From positions 42,874 through 106,873 of the forward strand of contig CAZEGD010000001.1 in assembly GCA_964512235.1 (NCBI GenBank): a DNA stretch of 64,000 bases, in the 5' to 3' direction. Every line of letters begins with the position of its first letter. Positions within the stretch are counted from its first letter, which is position 1. The notes beneath the pieces are model-generated. The model had not been told where the DNA came from and did not search any database. It saw only the letters and a program-made list of their open reading frames with translations. The translations under genes and the position numbers were made by a program. This document shows positions 45,133 through 53,849 of this stretch, piece by piece. The DNA comes from an uncultured archaeon. GTDB taxonomy: Archaea > Aenigmatarchaeota > Aenigmatarchaeia > CG10238-14 > SCSR01.

Positions 45133-45215
45133 CGCCGAGGGTGGGATTTGAACCCACATGGGCAAAGCCCGCTGGTTTTCAAGACCAGTGCACCACCTGG
45201 TTATGCGACCTCGGC
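45133..45215 (-). tRNA. tRNA-Ser (anticodon UGA), type II
   Basis: Acceptor GCCGAGG/CCTCGGC, discriminator G. Anticodon stem CTGGT/ACCAG, loop CTTGAAA. Long variable arm CGGGCTTTGCCCAT. T arm GTGGG-TTCAAAT-CCCAC. Confidence 0.9.
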
Positions 45216-45274
45216 ATACCTAAAGAATAATTCATAGAAATAAGATATAAAAGTACTCTCCCAATCCAATGAGC

Positions 45275-45577
45275 TTAGACATCTTTCACTGAGTTTACGA
45301 CTTCCAGCTTGCCTGACCTGGGTATGTTAAGCTGAATCTGGTCCCTGAACACAGTAATGTATGCCCCGGAGACTGTAACCATATCCCCTATCGCTATGGA
45401 CTTTATTTGATCTTCCCACAACGATAGCTTGATTTGGCCACTATCATCTTCTATTTCCGCATCAGCTACTTGCTTAGGGCCATATCGAGTGTTCACCTGT
45501 CTAGGCTCTGATATGTCTATCACTTTGCCTTCTACAGTTACGTTACTCATGCCCTGTTTAACTTCATTTATCTTCAT
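45275..45577 (-). CDS. Single OB-fold nucleic-acid-binding protein (SSB/RPA-like)
   Basis: VTVEGKVIDISEPRQVNTRYGPKQVADAEIEDDSGQIKLSLWEDQ...GDMVTVSGAYITVFRDQIQLNI has an OB-fold pattern. Confidence 0.6.
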   Translation of the reverse strand: MKINEVKQGMSNVTVEGKVIDISEPRQVNTRYGPKQVADAEIEDDSGQIKLSLWEDQIKSIAIGDMVTVSGAYITVFRDQIQLNIPRSGKLEVVNSVKDV

Positions 45578-45709
45578 GACTACAACCTAATAACACTTTT
45601 TTAACACACCAGTTTAAATATTTAACTTCTGTGTTGAAATGATTATGAGCAACTCCAATTTAACGGACTTAGACCCGCATACCTCTGAGTAGATATTATA
45701 GATGCATAT

Positions 45710-46690
45710 CTATCTAGACTTGACTTTCCATTTTGGATAAGTTTCTCTTTTCATAAAGACTCTGTCCGTTCTCACTGCTATGCCGCGTTTTGATTTAAAC
45801 ATCTCTTTGCTAGTCATTCTTGCTATGCCAATTGCGACAAGCTCGCCCTTCAGAGTATACACAGCTACAAGCTCGCCCTTTACTATGCCATCTTGGATTC
45901 TCGTGAGACCGGAAGCATAGACTGGCGAACCGTTGCATATGGCACCGACAGCTGAATCCTTCACGAGCACGCGCTTCACATGTAAAATAGCGTGATCTGT
46001 GGGGATTAGAATCTTTTTCAGTTTCTTCTCTTTGCCTTCTTGCCAGAATTCGTATGCATCCTTCACTTCCAGCAAACTATGGCTCTCCTCTTCCGTGAAT
46101 GGTCCCACTCTTGTCCTTCTGAGCTCAGCCATGTGCGCACCTATGCCCAAGCTCTGGCCGATGTCATGGCATAGCTTGCGTATGTACGTGCCTGCCTGGC
46201 ATCCTACTTTGAAGAGTACGTCTTTGCCATCTATTTCAAGAATATCGAAAAAGTAGATTTCGCGCACCCTGAGCCTCCTTGCAACGGCAGACTTCACAGG
46301 AGGCATCTGCTTAATCTTGCCTATGAATCTTTTCACTGCATCTTCTATGGCTTTCTTGGGCAGCTCCTTGTGCAAGTGCATTATGCCTACATATTCTTTA
46401 TCCAAGTTGGAGAGTGCAGGCATAGCCTTCGTAGCATTGTCCATAGCAATGGGTAGTACGCCTGTCACTGCAGGGTCGAGAGTGCCTGCATGCCCGCAAT
46501 TCTTCAGGGCAAAAATATCACACACCCATCTAGTCACTTGATGGCTAGTCGGTCCACTCTGCTTGTCTAGGATGATGACAGAATTGCTTATGTGTTCTTC
46601 AATAGTCCGCTGCTCCAACGGTTTGCCATAAGCCTCGTCAGTCTCTTCCTCAGATTTAATCAGCCATTTCGCTTTCTTTAAATTTGGCAT
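45710..46690 (-). CDS. cbf5: H/ACA RNP pseudouridine synthase Cbf5
   Basis: GPTSHQV, GHAGTLDPAVTGVLPI (TruB catalytic Asp motif), and a C-terminal PUA-like segment. Confidence 0.9.
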   Translation of the reverse strand: MPNLKKAKWLIKSEEETDEAYGKPLEQRTIEEHISNSVIILDKQSGPTSHQVTRWVCDIFALKNCGHAGTLDPAVTGVLPIAMDNATKAMPALSNLDKEYVGIMHLHKELPKKAIEDAVKRFIGKIKQMPPVKSAVARRLRVREIYFFDILEIDGKDVLFKVGCQAGTYIRKLCHDIGQSLGIGAHMAELRRTRVGPFTEEESHSLLEVKDAYEFWQEGKEKKLKKILIPTDHAILHVKRVLVKDSAVGAICNGSPVYASGLTRIQDGIVKGELVAVYTLKGELVAIGIARMTSKEMFKSKRGIAVRTDRVFMKRETYPKWKVKSR

Positions 46691-46729
46691 AAATAATGGT
46701 TGGTGTTGAGAATTAAATTAATTTGAGGT

Positions 46730-47482
46730 CTAATGCCTGCGAACCAGCCAGAATTTTACAATTGCTAGAATTGTTATGAGCGCGCATAGACCGATTATAA
46801 TCATCTCTAGCGGAGTGCACTCACATATACGCGTCAGTTTCTCAATCATCGCATTTACATAGGCGCTCAGTTGTGCCTCCGGGGAAGTCACATTGGTTAT
46901 CGGTATTTGGGTTGTAGTTGTTATAGGTATGACCGTGGTAGTTGTAGGTACAGTCGTGGTAGTCGTTCCAATCGTCGTAGATGTCAGACCCGCCCCAACC
47001 GATATGTCTTCTGATATAACTACATCGGTTTCTGGTGCATCTGCTTCGGATGTTATGTTTATCATTATGGGCTTGCTTGCGGAAGCTCTCAATTGGCCAT
47101 ACTCTCCATAGACATTAAGCGAATAGATAGCATATCCTGCCTGGGCCTCTGGGATTGTTATGTCGTAGTAGAGCTTACCGCTCTCCCCAAACTCCAGGGA
47201 TATGCTTTCATGCTGCCTGAGCCAATCTTCAGGGATTTTTGAAACGCCTACATATATTGGATCAAGCTCAAGCACACCTGTGTTTTTCACTTCCACCCAG
47301 TACGTTGCTGTAGTGCCGGGTGGCTGAAGTACGTAGGAGTCATAGTCAACAATCTCTACGTCAACTATAAAGGGGATGGACTGCGCAAGCGCTGTAGCTG
47401 CAAAGATTGAAAACATAGTTAGAAACGTAATTGTGACTGCATAAACTCTTAAAGCCGTTGCAACTTTCGTCGAATCTTCCAT
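46730..47482 (-). CDS. Secreted/surface protein with Thr-rich stalk and C-terminal TM anchor
   Basis: N-terminal hydrophobic signal. Ig/CARDB-like core (VEVKNTGVLELDPIYVGVSKIPEDW). TSTTIGTTTTTVPTTTTVIPITTTTQIPIT. C-terminal TM IIIGLCALITILAIVKFWLV. Confidence 0.6.
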   Translation of the reverse strand: MEDSTKVATALRVYAVTITFLTMFSIFAATALAQSIPFIVDVEIVDYDSYVLQPPGTTATYWVEVKNTGVLELDPIYVGVSKIPEDWLRQHESISLEFGESGKLYYDITIPEAQAGYAIYSLNVYGEYGQLRASASKPIMINITSEADAPETDVVISEDISVGAGLTSTTIGTTTTTVPTTTTVIPITTTTQIPITNVTSPEAQLSAYVNAMIEKLTRICECTPLEMIIIGLCALITILAIVKFWLVRRH

Positions 47483-47630
47483 TAAAACAACCTAATACTA
47501 GTTTGTTTTGAAAACTTTAATTTCTGAGACGGAAAATGATAATCTTAAATCCTTTTGCATAAAAAATGCAAAAAGTTTAAAAACCTTTTCGGCGAATAGC
47601 ATAAAAGCTTACACGGACTTGTATAGATAA

Positions 47631-48761
47631 GTGAACATGAAAATGAAACTGCTTTTTCAGGAGAAATTGTTTTTAGTATCCGTATTTGCTTTAGCTATCT
47701 CAGTTATCGTACTCAGCTCTATTGCCGTATCGAGGATGACATTCTACAGCTTCTCGATTAGCTTGCCAGATGAAGTGATAGCCAAGCCAGGGGAGGCTGT
47801 GACTATAGACGGTGACATCCAAGTGACTGGATTTTATTGGCTGCATCGGTTTGAGCTGGTAATGGATGGGATAGATTACGATTATGAGATTGATCCAGAA
47901 TATTGGCAGGACATACGCATAATCCGGGAATGGAACCCCCGAGATGGCGTCTATCGTATACCAGAGACTTTTTCAATAACTATCAATGTACCGGAAGATG
48001 CAAGCGGGTTGTATATAGCCACAGTCACCGGCCAAGAGCATCACTCTTGGAGAGAAGTTTCGAACTCGACTTTCTTCGTTCTAAAGATAGAAGGTGTGCC
48101 TCCTGTGGAAGAGCCTGAAAAGGTCATTAACGTCACGGACATACTCGTTCCTGAAGAGATAGAATCGGGTGAGCAATTCAGCATAACATTCCGCGTAGAT
48201 AATTATGGGGAAGAAAAGACTGCTGTTGAGGTATCTATTCTCGCTCCAGAAGACTGGGATATTGAACAGGAGTCACAGTATTTGGATGTAGCTGCCGGAG
48301 AGTCGGCAGCAGGAATGTTCAAACTGACACCGACAGAATCTGCAGGAACAATTTCGCTCTATCTTGAATATCCATACAGAGAAGAAATCATAAACTTCAC
48401 GCGGGTAGGGCCATACTTGCAACCTGTCACTACGACTACAACAACCACTACAACTGTTGTTGAGAAGCCGTTTATAGTCGAGATTTATGATAGCATTGTG
48501 AATACCATCGGCAATGTTTGGAACAGTATTAAAGTGGTTGTTGGTGGAGATGGGGATGCAGTCGATACATTCACGCCACTGACTTTAGGCATAATCGGAG
48601 TCCTGATTGTCGTAATCATTTGGCTTGTATGGGGCATAGTAAAAGACATCGGTAAGGGTGGCAGTAAGAAACCGGAGACCATGAAAAAGGAAATGCCAGC
48701 TACTGCAGAAGTAGGCGTCGTTAGCGAATCAGGTACCTTCGATGGAGTAGATAAATTATAA
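47631..48761 (+). CDS. Secreted/surface protein with Thr-rich stalk and C-terminal TM anchor
   Basis: Signal-like LFLVSVFALAISVIVL. CARDB/NEW3-like FSITFRVDNYGEEKTAVEVSILAPEDW. VTTTTTTTTTVV. TM LTLGIIGVLIVVIIWLVWGIV. The start may be ATG 47637. Confidence 0.6.
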   Translation: MNMKMKLLFQEKLFLVSVFALAISVIVLSSIAVSRMTFYSFSISLPDEVIAKPGEAVTIDGDIQVTGFYWLHRFELVMDGIDYDYEIDPEYWQDIRIIREWNPRDGVYRIPETFSITINVPEDASGLYIATVTGQEHHSWREVSNSTFFVLKIEGVPPVEEPEKVINVTDILVPEEIESGEQFSITFRVDNYGEEKTAVEVSILAPEDWDIEQESQYLDVAAGESAAGMFKLTPTESAGTISLYLEYPYREEIINFTRVGPYLQPVTTTTTTTTTVVEKPFIVEIYDSIVNTIGNVWNSIKVVVGGDGDAVDTFTPLTLGIIGVLIVVIIWLVWGIVKDIGKGGSKKPETMKKEMPATAEVGVVSESGTFDGVDKL

Positions 48762-48778
48762 TCTTGTTCTATGCAACT

Positions 48779-49162
48779 TTACTTCTTTTTCTTAGAAACC
48801 TTCTTTGATTCCTTCTTTTTTGGTTTCTTCTCGACTTTCTTCTCTTCTTTCTTTACTTCCTTCTGTTTCTCTGATTTTATCTGAGCTATAGATGGTTTCT
48901 TCAAATTGAGCTTATTTGTAAGTCCTGCCACGTCGAATGCTGTAATTACATCCTCGTCGCTAGTATTTTCTTTTACGTCAAGCATATGCTCAGTAGGATT
49001 CAGATGATTGACATTACACCTTCGTCTCTTAATCCCAGTGAGCAACTTCGGACCTGTGACTAGGACGAAGCTTTGTTTTTCTTTATTCAGGATCACACAA
49101 TATTTTCCCGCTTCACGCCCAACATTCTTTATACACACGCGCCCTATTTCAAATACTACCAT
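48779..49162 (-). CDS. rpl14e: Ribosomal protein L14e (eL14) with Lys-rich tail
   Basis: MVVFEIGRVCIKNVGREAGKYCVILNKEKQSFVLVTGPKLLTGIKRRRCNVNHLNPT. Confidence 0.88.
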   Translation of the reverse strand: MVVFEIGRVCIKNVGREAGKYCVILNKEKQSFVLVTGPKLLTGIKRRRCNVNHLNPTEHMLDVKENTSDEDVITAFDVAGLTNKLNLKKPSIAQIKSEKQKEVKKEEKKVEKKPKKKESKKVSKKKK

Positions 49163-49178
49163 TTAATTACCTCCGTGA

Positions 49179-49700
49179 CTAATCAAAGCCTAACAACTTT
49201 CTCAAGACCCAGCCGATTGTAAATGATACAAGTATATACCACATTATCCAAGCACTTATCTCCGACCCTAGGATGGGTATTGTGATGCTTTTGATTGCAT
49301 TTCCTACAAAAGGTATGTTTAGCTCCATATTTCCATATCTAAAGCCCACCCAAGGCAAAAACAGCATGACTACGACCATAGAGACGATGAGGGATTTGTA
49401 AGTCTGCCTGAAGTATTTGCTGTTCAACTTCATGATTTCACTCATCATCTTTGTCACCTGCTCTGTATCTCCCAATTTCTGTGCTTTAGTCATGGCTTCG
49501 CGCAGTTCTTCCATTCCATCCTTTATCCCTCTCACCATCTTCTTGTTAATCAGCAATATATTGAAAAAGATTATTATCAGTGATATTATCAGCGATACTG
49601 TAAATAGAGAAAGGACTGGACTAAGCATAATCAGGGGTGCAAATACAACATCAAACCCACTAACTAATGCCCCTGTTATTTGTTCTAACATCTTTCGCAC
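49179..49700 (-). CDS. DUF106 / Oxa1-superfamily (YidC-like) membrane protein
   Basis: TM, then a coiled basic segment (KKMVRGIKDGMEELREAMTKAQKLGD), then TM-TM. Located directly downstream of secY, as in many archaea. Confidence 0.65.
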   Translation of the reverse strand: MRKMLEQITGALVSGFDVVFAPLIMLSPVLSLFTVSLIISLIIIFFNILLINKKMVRGIKDGMEELREAMTKAQKLGDTEQVTKMMSEIMKLNSKYFRQTYKSLIVSMVVVMLFLPWVGFRYGNMELNIPFVGNAIKSITIPILGSEISAWIMWYILVSFTIGWVLRKLLGFD

Positions 49701-51119
49701 CTATTCTCCGAATACGCCACGTATCAATGGATGAGCCTCTTCAAGCCTCTGACCCCGTAGCTCTTCGTAATAATTATACACAATCATAACAGTTAAAAGC
49801 ATACCGGTTCCAGTGCCTATAGCGCCCGTGAAGTCGGCAAACGCTGCAAGTATACCTATGCACAATCCGCCTACAACGGCAAGCGCAGGTATATAACGGT
49901 TAAGCACGCTTTCCATTATCCTCTTGTCTTTTCTATAGCCAGGTATCTGCATGCCTATGCTGTCTATCTGGTCAGCTACAGAGCCAGCATCCATGCCAGA
50001 CGTACTGACCCAAAAAATAGAGAATATCATTGCTAGTATTGCCATGAATAACGTGTATGTCACAGCACGTACTATCTCTAATGCTGACACAGTGGAGGAT
50101 ATGATATTTATAATTAGATTCCTCGGTGCAGTGAGGTAGTAGATTATACCACTGATGGGATTGCCTTGCCCGTCAAAACAACCAAGTAAGCCGCAAACAC
50201 CGTCGCCTACAGGTGTAGCCCCGATTCTACCAAAAAGCTGAAGATTTGCTATTAATGCTGCTGTCAGTATTACGGGTATGTTGCTCGTGTAGAAGAGCTT
50301 GAGAGACCATGACCGGCCAAAGCCACGCAAGGCTGCAAAGCTGAGCGGTATGTCGATACTTATGTCTTGTGCATACACGACTAGGCAGAATACTGCAGCC
50401 GTGGCAATTATCGGTGTGATAAATACGATTGCCTGAAAGTTGTTAGCGGCGAAGATGCTGATTATGAAATTCCAGAAGAGGCCGGTTGGTGGACTGCCAA
50501 CAGTTGGCAGGCAGCTGCCTATGTTTCCTGGTATGCATGCCGTGGTGAATGGGGAGAACATGCGCACTAGTATTTGACTGGTAACGCCTGCAGCTATGAA
50601 TAGGCTTATACCAGAACCGAATCCCCACTTGCTGACTAAATCATCTAGCATTATTGTAATGATTCCGCCTGCTGCAAGCTGCAGGATTACAACCGTTAAA
50701 ATGAATGCACCGCCCGCTACAGGCACAGCCCCTGTAAAAACGAATATGAATGCCTCTGCAAAGCAGAGGATGACAGCGAGGAGTTTGTTCCAGCTCTGGA
50801 ATTTCTTACGACCTTCTTCTTGAGTGGTATCCCAGTTTATTATCTTCGACCCCACAAGCAGCTGCAGCAATATACCTGCTGTAACTATTGGTCCTATACC
50901 TAGCGTCATCAAACTGCCAAACTTTGAGCCGAGAACGATTTCAAAGAAGCGAAACTGCTCAAAGCCTCCAGTTTCTATTCCGTATACCGTTACAGAGGAT
51001 AGAATGAAATAGAGCAGTAGTGCAATACCAGTCCATTTTATGCGCGTATTGAATGGCTGTTTGTAAGTTGGCTTTTCTACTGCAGGTACATAATTTGCAA
51101 TCTTTGATACGTCTACCAT
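49701..51119 (-). CDS. secY: Preprotein translocase subunit SecY
   Basis: 10-TM protein. KWTGIALLLYFILS...GIGPIVTAGILLQLL...GSGISLFI. Confidence 0.93.
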   Translation of the reverse strand: MVDVSKIANYVPAVEKPTYKQPFNTRIKWTGIALLLYFILSSVTVYGIETGGFEQFRFFEIVLGSKFGSLMTLGIGPIVTAGILLQLLVGSKIINWDTTQEEGRKKFQSWNKLLAVILCFAEAFIFVFTGAVPVAGGAFILTVVILQLAAGGIITIMLDDLVSKWGFGSGISLFIAAGVTSQILVRMFSPFTTACIPGNIGSCLPTVGSPPTGLFWNFIISIFAANNFQAIVFITPIIATAAVFCLVVYAQDISIDIPLSFAALRGFGRSWSLKLFYTSNIPVILTAALIANLQLFGRIGATPVGDGVCGLLGCFDGQGNPISGIIYYLTAPRNLIINIISSTVSALEIVRAVTYTLFMAILAMIFSIFWVSTSGMDAGSVADQIDSIGMQIPGYRKDKRIMESVLNRYIPALAVVGGLCIGILAAFADFTGAIGTGTGMLLTVMIVYNYYEELRGQRLEEAHPLIRGVFGE

Positions 51120-51139
51120 TCACTCCCCTTAAACTCTAA

Positions 51140-51571
51140 TTATTCTTTCTCTTTTTTAATTTCAGGTTTGACTATCTTGCCGCCTGCGGCTTCAATCTTT
51201 TCTATCGATTTCTTTGAAAATAATTTAGCTTTGACTGTTAGAGCTGCAGTCAGCTTGCCTGTACCAAGCACTTTTTCATACCCGAGTTCGGCCAAATCAA
51301 TATTTTTTTTACCCAACTCTTTCGCTAGCATGTCCAATTCTTTCAAGTTTATAGCTTTCGGTCTTCTACCCTTTGCAAAAGCTCTCTTAAATCCTCTCTT
51401 CCCAAAATGATCAGGCTCGTACTTCACAGTATAGCTCCATTTGTGCTTGTGCATGCCAGCATTGCCCCTACCGCCTCGGCTACCTCCGCCTCTATGTTTT
51501 TTATGGCTGCCATACCCGTAGCTGCGGTGCCCTCGGAACTTTCGAACTTTTTTCTTCTTTCTGACAACCAT
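51140..51571 (-). CDS. rpl15: Ribosomal protein L15 (uL15)
   Basis: KKVRKFRGHRSYGYGSHKKHRGGGSRGGRGNAGMHKHKW. Confidence 0.92.
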   Translation of the reverse strand: MVVRKKKKVRKFRGHRSYGYGSHKKHRGGGSRGGRGNAGMHKHKWSYTVKYEPDHFGKRGFKRAFAKGRRPKAINLKELDMLAKELGKKNIDLAELGYEKVLGTGKLTAALTVKAKLFSKKSIEKIEAAGGKIVKPEIKKEKE

Positions 51572-51581
51572 TTATTTCACC

Positions 51582-52037
51582 TTAAACCATCTTCTCTATA
51601 AGTTCGCTGATTGCTTCCTTGCGATTGCCCAAATCACCCTTTGGATATTGCTTGCGTGTGGATTTGAAGCCGTGTTTTGGCGGTCTGAGTCTGAACGTCC
51701 GCTTCAATTTCGTATCATTCATCTTTAGTTTGCCTTCAAAGATTGCATTAGCAAGCTCCTTCACATCTTTATAGCCCCCCATAGATTTCAGCACTTCCCC
51801 AGTCAGCTTTTTATCACCTTCTATTCTACCGCGCTTCTCAAGCATCGCTGTAAGGGCTTCTAAGCTTATGGTGCCGTATGTCACATAATCCTTTACTTTA
51901 TCTATCATACCCTTGTAACTGGGTGTCTCTGGAAGGACTGTACAATTGTTCGCAGCCTTCAGTCCGAGCATCTTCAACGTATCCTTTATCTTCTTGTTTA
52001 CTCCAACATTACCTGTCAGTCTGATTACAGCAAACAT
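51582..52037 (-). CDS. rpl30: Ribosomal protein L30 (uL30)
   Basis: MFAVIRLTGNVGVNKKIKDTLKMLGL. Confidence 0.9.
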   Translation of the reverse strand: MFAVIRLTGNVGVNKKIKDTLKMLGLKAANNCTVLPETPSYKGMIDKVKDYVTYGTISLEALTAMLEKRGRIEGDKKLTGEVLKSMGGYKDVKELANAIFEGKLKMNDTKLKRTFRLRPPKHGFKSTRKQYPKGDLGNRKEAISELIEKMV

Positions 52038-52049
52038 TTTTTTTTCACC

Positions 52050-52844
52050 TTAGCGCTCATAAATGTAAAGATTCTTTAAAGCATTGAAACCAGCCTGTAT
52101 CAAATTCAGACGCATGCCCGTATTGCCGTAAGTATTTACCCACGCGTCCTTTATCCCAGCCAGTCTTAATATCTTCTTCGTTTCATCGTCTGCAGCCAAG
52201 CCCAGGCCTTTTGGTGCAGGCATTATCACCACACGGACTGAGCCAGACTTTCCTTCCGTCTTGTAGGGTATGCTATGGTCGCCATCGCAACCACACTCCC
52301 AGCTACCGCATCCGCGCTTTATTCTTATCACATTCATCTTTGCCTTTCCTATAGCTTTTTCTATAGCGCCACGGCTCTCTAGGCTAGAAGCTTTGCTTAT
52401 TCCTATCAAGCCATTTCCATCTCCTACTGCAACAAAAGCATTCATCTTAAATCTTCTCCCAGATCTATGCATAGTCGCAGTAATCTTCACTGGTATCCTT
52501 TTGATACCTCCGCCTTTGCCAGACCTTCCACCTATAAGTATCAATTCACTCTTCAAATCTGGAACAAGCATATCGACTATTTCCGATTCCATTATTCTTT
52601 TGCCAGAATTCAGAATTTCATCTATACTTTTTATTTTGCCTTCAAGCACATCCCTACCCATTTTTGTCTTTGGCTTCCACCCCATAAACTCTCTGCGCTC
52701 TTCAGCCTTGCCTACAACTGTTGGCGTCTCGCCAGGCTTTATAACTTTTCCCGTTTCTTCTGCCCTTTTCTCTGTCTTTACATCTTCTTCCACTTTCTTT
52801 ACATTTACCTCTTCAACATTTTTTTCACTCTTCTCTTCTACCAT
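52050..52844 (-). CDS. rps5: Ribosomal protein S5 (uS5) with K/E-rich N-terminal extension
   Basis: GRSGRRFKMNAFVAVGDGNGLIGISKASSLESRGAIEKA. Confidence 0.92.
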   Translation of the reverse strand: MVEEKSEKNVEEVNVKKVEEDVKTEKRAEETGKVIKPGETPTVVGKAEERREFMGWKPKTKMGRDVLEGKIKSIDEILNSGKRIMESEIVDMLVPDLKSELILIGGRSGKGGGIKRIPVKITATMHRSGRRFKMNAFVAVGDGNGLIGISKASSLESRGAIEKAIGKAKMNVIRIKRGCGSWECGCDGDHSIPYKTEGKSGSVRVVIMPAPKGLGLAADDETKKILRLAGIKDAWVNTYGNTGMRLNLIQAGFNALKNLYIYER

Positions 52845-52853
52845 ATTCTCACC

Positions 52854-53402
52854 CTATTTCTCCTTCTTTGCCTTTAAGACTTGTCTGCCTACAATTGTTC
52901 CCCTTGTTTTTTCAAATTGAGTAAGTATATCTTTAAACTTTTCCTGAGTTGCTATATGTTTGCCCGCTATTCTATCTTCACTTGGAAACATTTTTTCGTC
53001 CACATTAATCTGAAGCCCACCATCTCTTACACCCTTCACCACTGCATAAATGCGTGAGCCTTTTGTAGATGTGTACAATCCTGTGTCGAGCACGACTTCT
53101 TTAATCTTCTTTTCACCTGCTTTTTTTGCAATCAACATCCCTGTCAAATATGCTGCAGGTATATTATCGCATGAAAACTGCCATCCAAAAGACCTGAGTT
53201 GCTTGGAGCTTACACTTACCACAGTTCTATCTCCGACTTCATCGTATCCGATTATCTGTACGGTTATGTACTTCAGACTCTTGCGTACTACAAGTCTGTG
53301 CTTGCCCGATTTCAATAGGGCCAGCCTTTTTCTATAGTTTGTCTTTCCTTCTCTACGCCTGCGGAAAGGCATCTTGTATGTCGGCTTTAGTCTTTTTGAC
53401 AT
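52854..53402 (-). CDS. rpl18: Ribosomal protein L18 (uL18)
   Basis: FRRRREGKTNYRKRLALLKSGKHRLVVRKSLKYITVQII. Confidence 0.92.
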   Translation of the reverse strand: MSKRLKPTYKMPFRRRREGKTNYRKRLALLKSGKHRLVVRKSLKYITVQIIGYDEVGDRTVVSVSSKQLRSFGWQFSCDNIPAAYLTGMLIAKKAGEKKIKEVVLDTGLYTSTKGSRIYAVVKGVRDGGLQINVDEKMFPSEDRIAGKHIATQEKFKDILTQFEKTRGTIVGRQVLKAKKEK

Positions 53403-53406
53403 TCAA

Positions 53407-53844
53407 TCACTTCTTCTCCTTCAATATCCCACGCTGCTTCAGGTATATGCGCAAGTGCGAGCGATTACGGAACTGTCCGCCCTTCACGAGCATGTACAGC
53501 TTGCGATATGTGCGATTGTCTATCTGACCACTCTCTTTCAATTCTTTAAGCATCCTCCTCAACGGACGCACTGTGTTTATCCACCTTCTCTTCTTCGGAA
53601 GCCTTGCGTGCTTAGACCCTTTTCTGCTCCCAGGTCCACGCTTTCTTTTCTTCTTCTCTTTTGGCATCTTCACCTTTCCCGGTATCTTTTTGATTACGCC
53701 TTGATTTATCAGCTTTTTCACGTCTATCCTTGTGATTGCAGTTTGCGCATCTTTAATCCTAGCTGAATCTATCCATATCTTGCTCTTGCCTACTTTCAGT
53801 ATCTTTGCTGCCAATCGTCTTTGCAATGTAAGTCTTGATGCCAT
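53407..53844 (-). CDS. rpl19e: Ribosomal protein L19e (eL19)
   Basis: LTLQRRLAAKILKVGKSKIWID. Confidence 0.92.
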   Translation of the reverse strand: MASRLTLQRRLAAKILKVGKSKIWIDSARIKDAQTAITRIDVKKLINQGVIKKIPGKVKMPKEKKKRKRGPGSRKGSKHARLPKKRRWINTVRPLRRMLKELKESGQIDNRTYRKLYMLVKGGQFRNRSHLRIYLKQRGILKEKK

Positions 53845-53849
53845 AACTA

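Larger units (their letters stand above)
39346..45144 (+). mobile_element. Putative integrated island at tRNA-Ser, bounded by 13-nt direct repeats; no integrase seen
   Basis: acgccgagggtgg occurs at 39346-39358 and at 45132-45144 (the 3' end of tRNA-Ser). Five same-strand ORFs lie in between. A 17-nt palindrome lies at 39362-39378. Confidence 0.6.

Noticed and set aside
45003-45230. A 75-aa ORF overlapping the tRNA-Ser gene.
   Set aside because: Its C-terminal half is the reverse complement of a well-folded tRNA. No coding signal.
52270-52920. A 216-aa + strand ORF (and 52467-52877).
   Set aside because: It is antisense to ribosomal protein S5 and L18 genes. The same reasoning applies to the other long ORFs opposite r-protein genes, SecY, HIT and L4 (for example 58017-58529 and 60926-61498).
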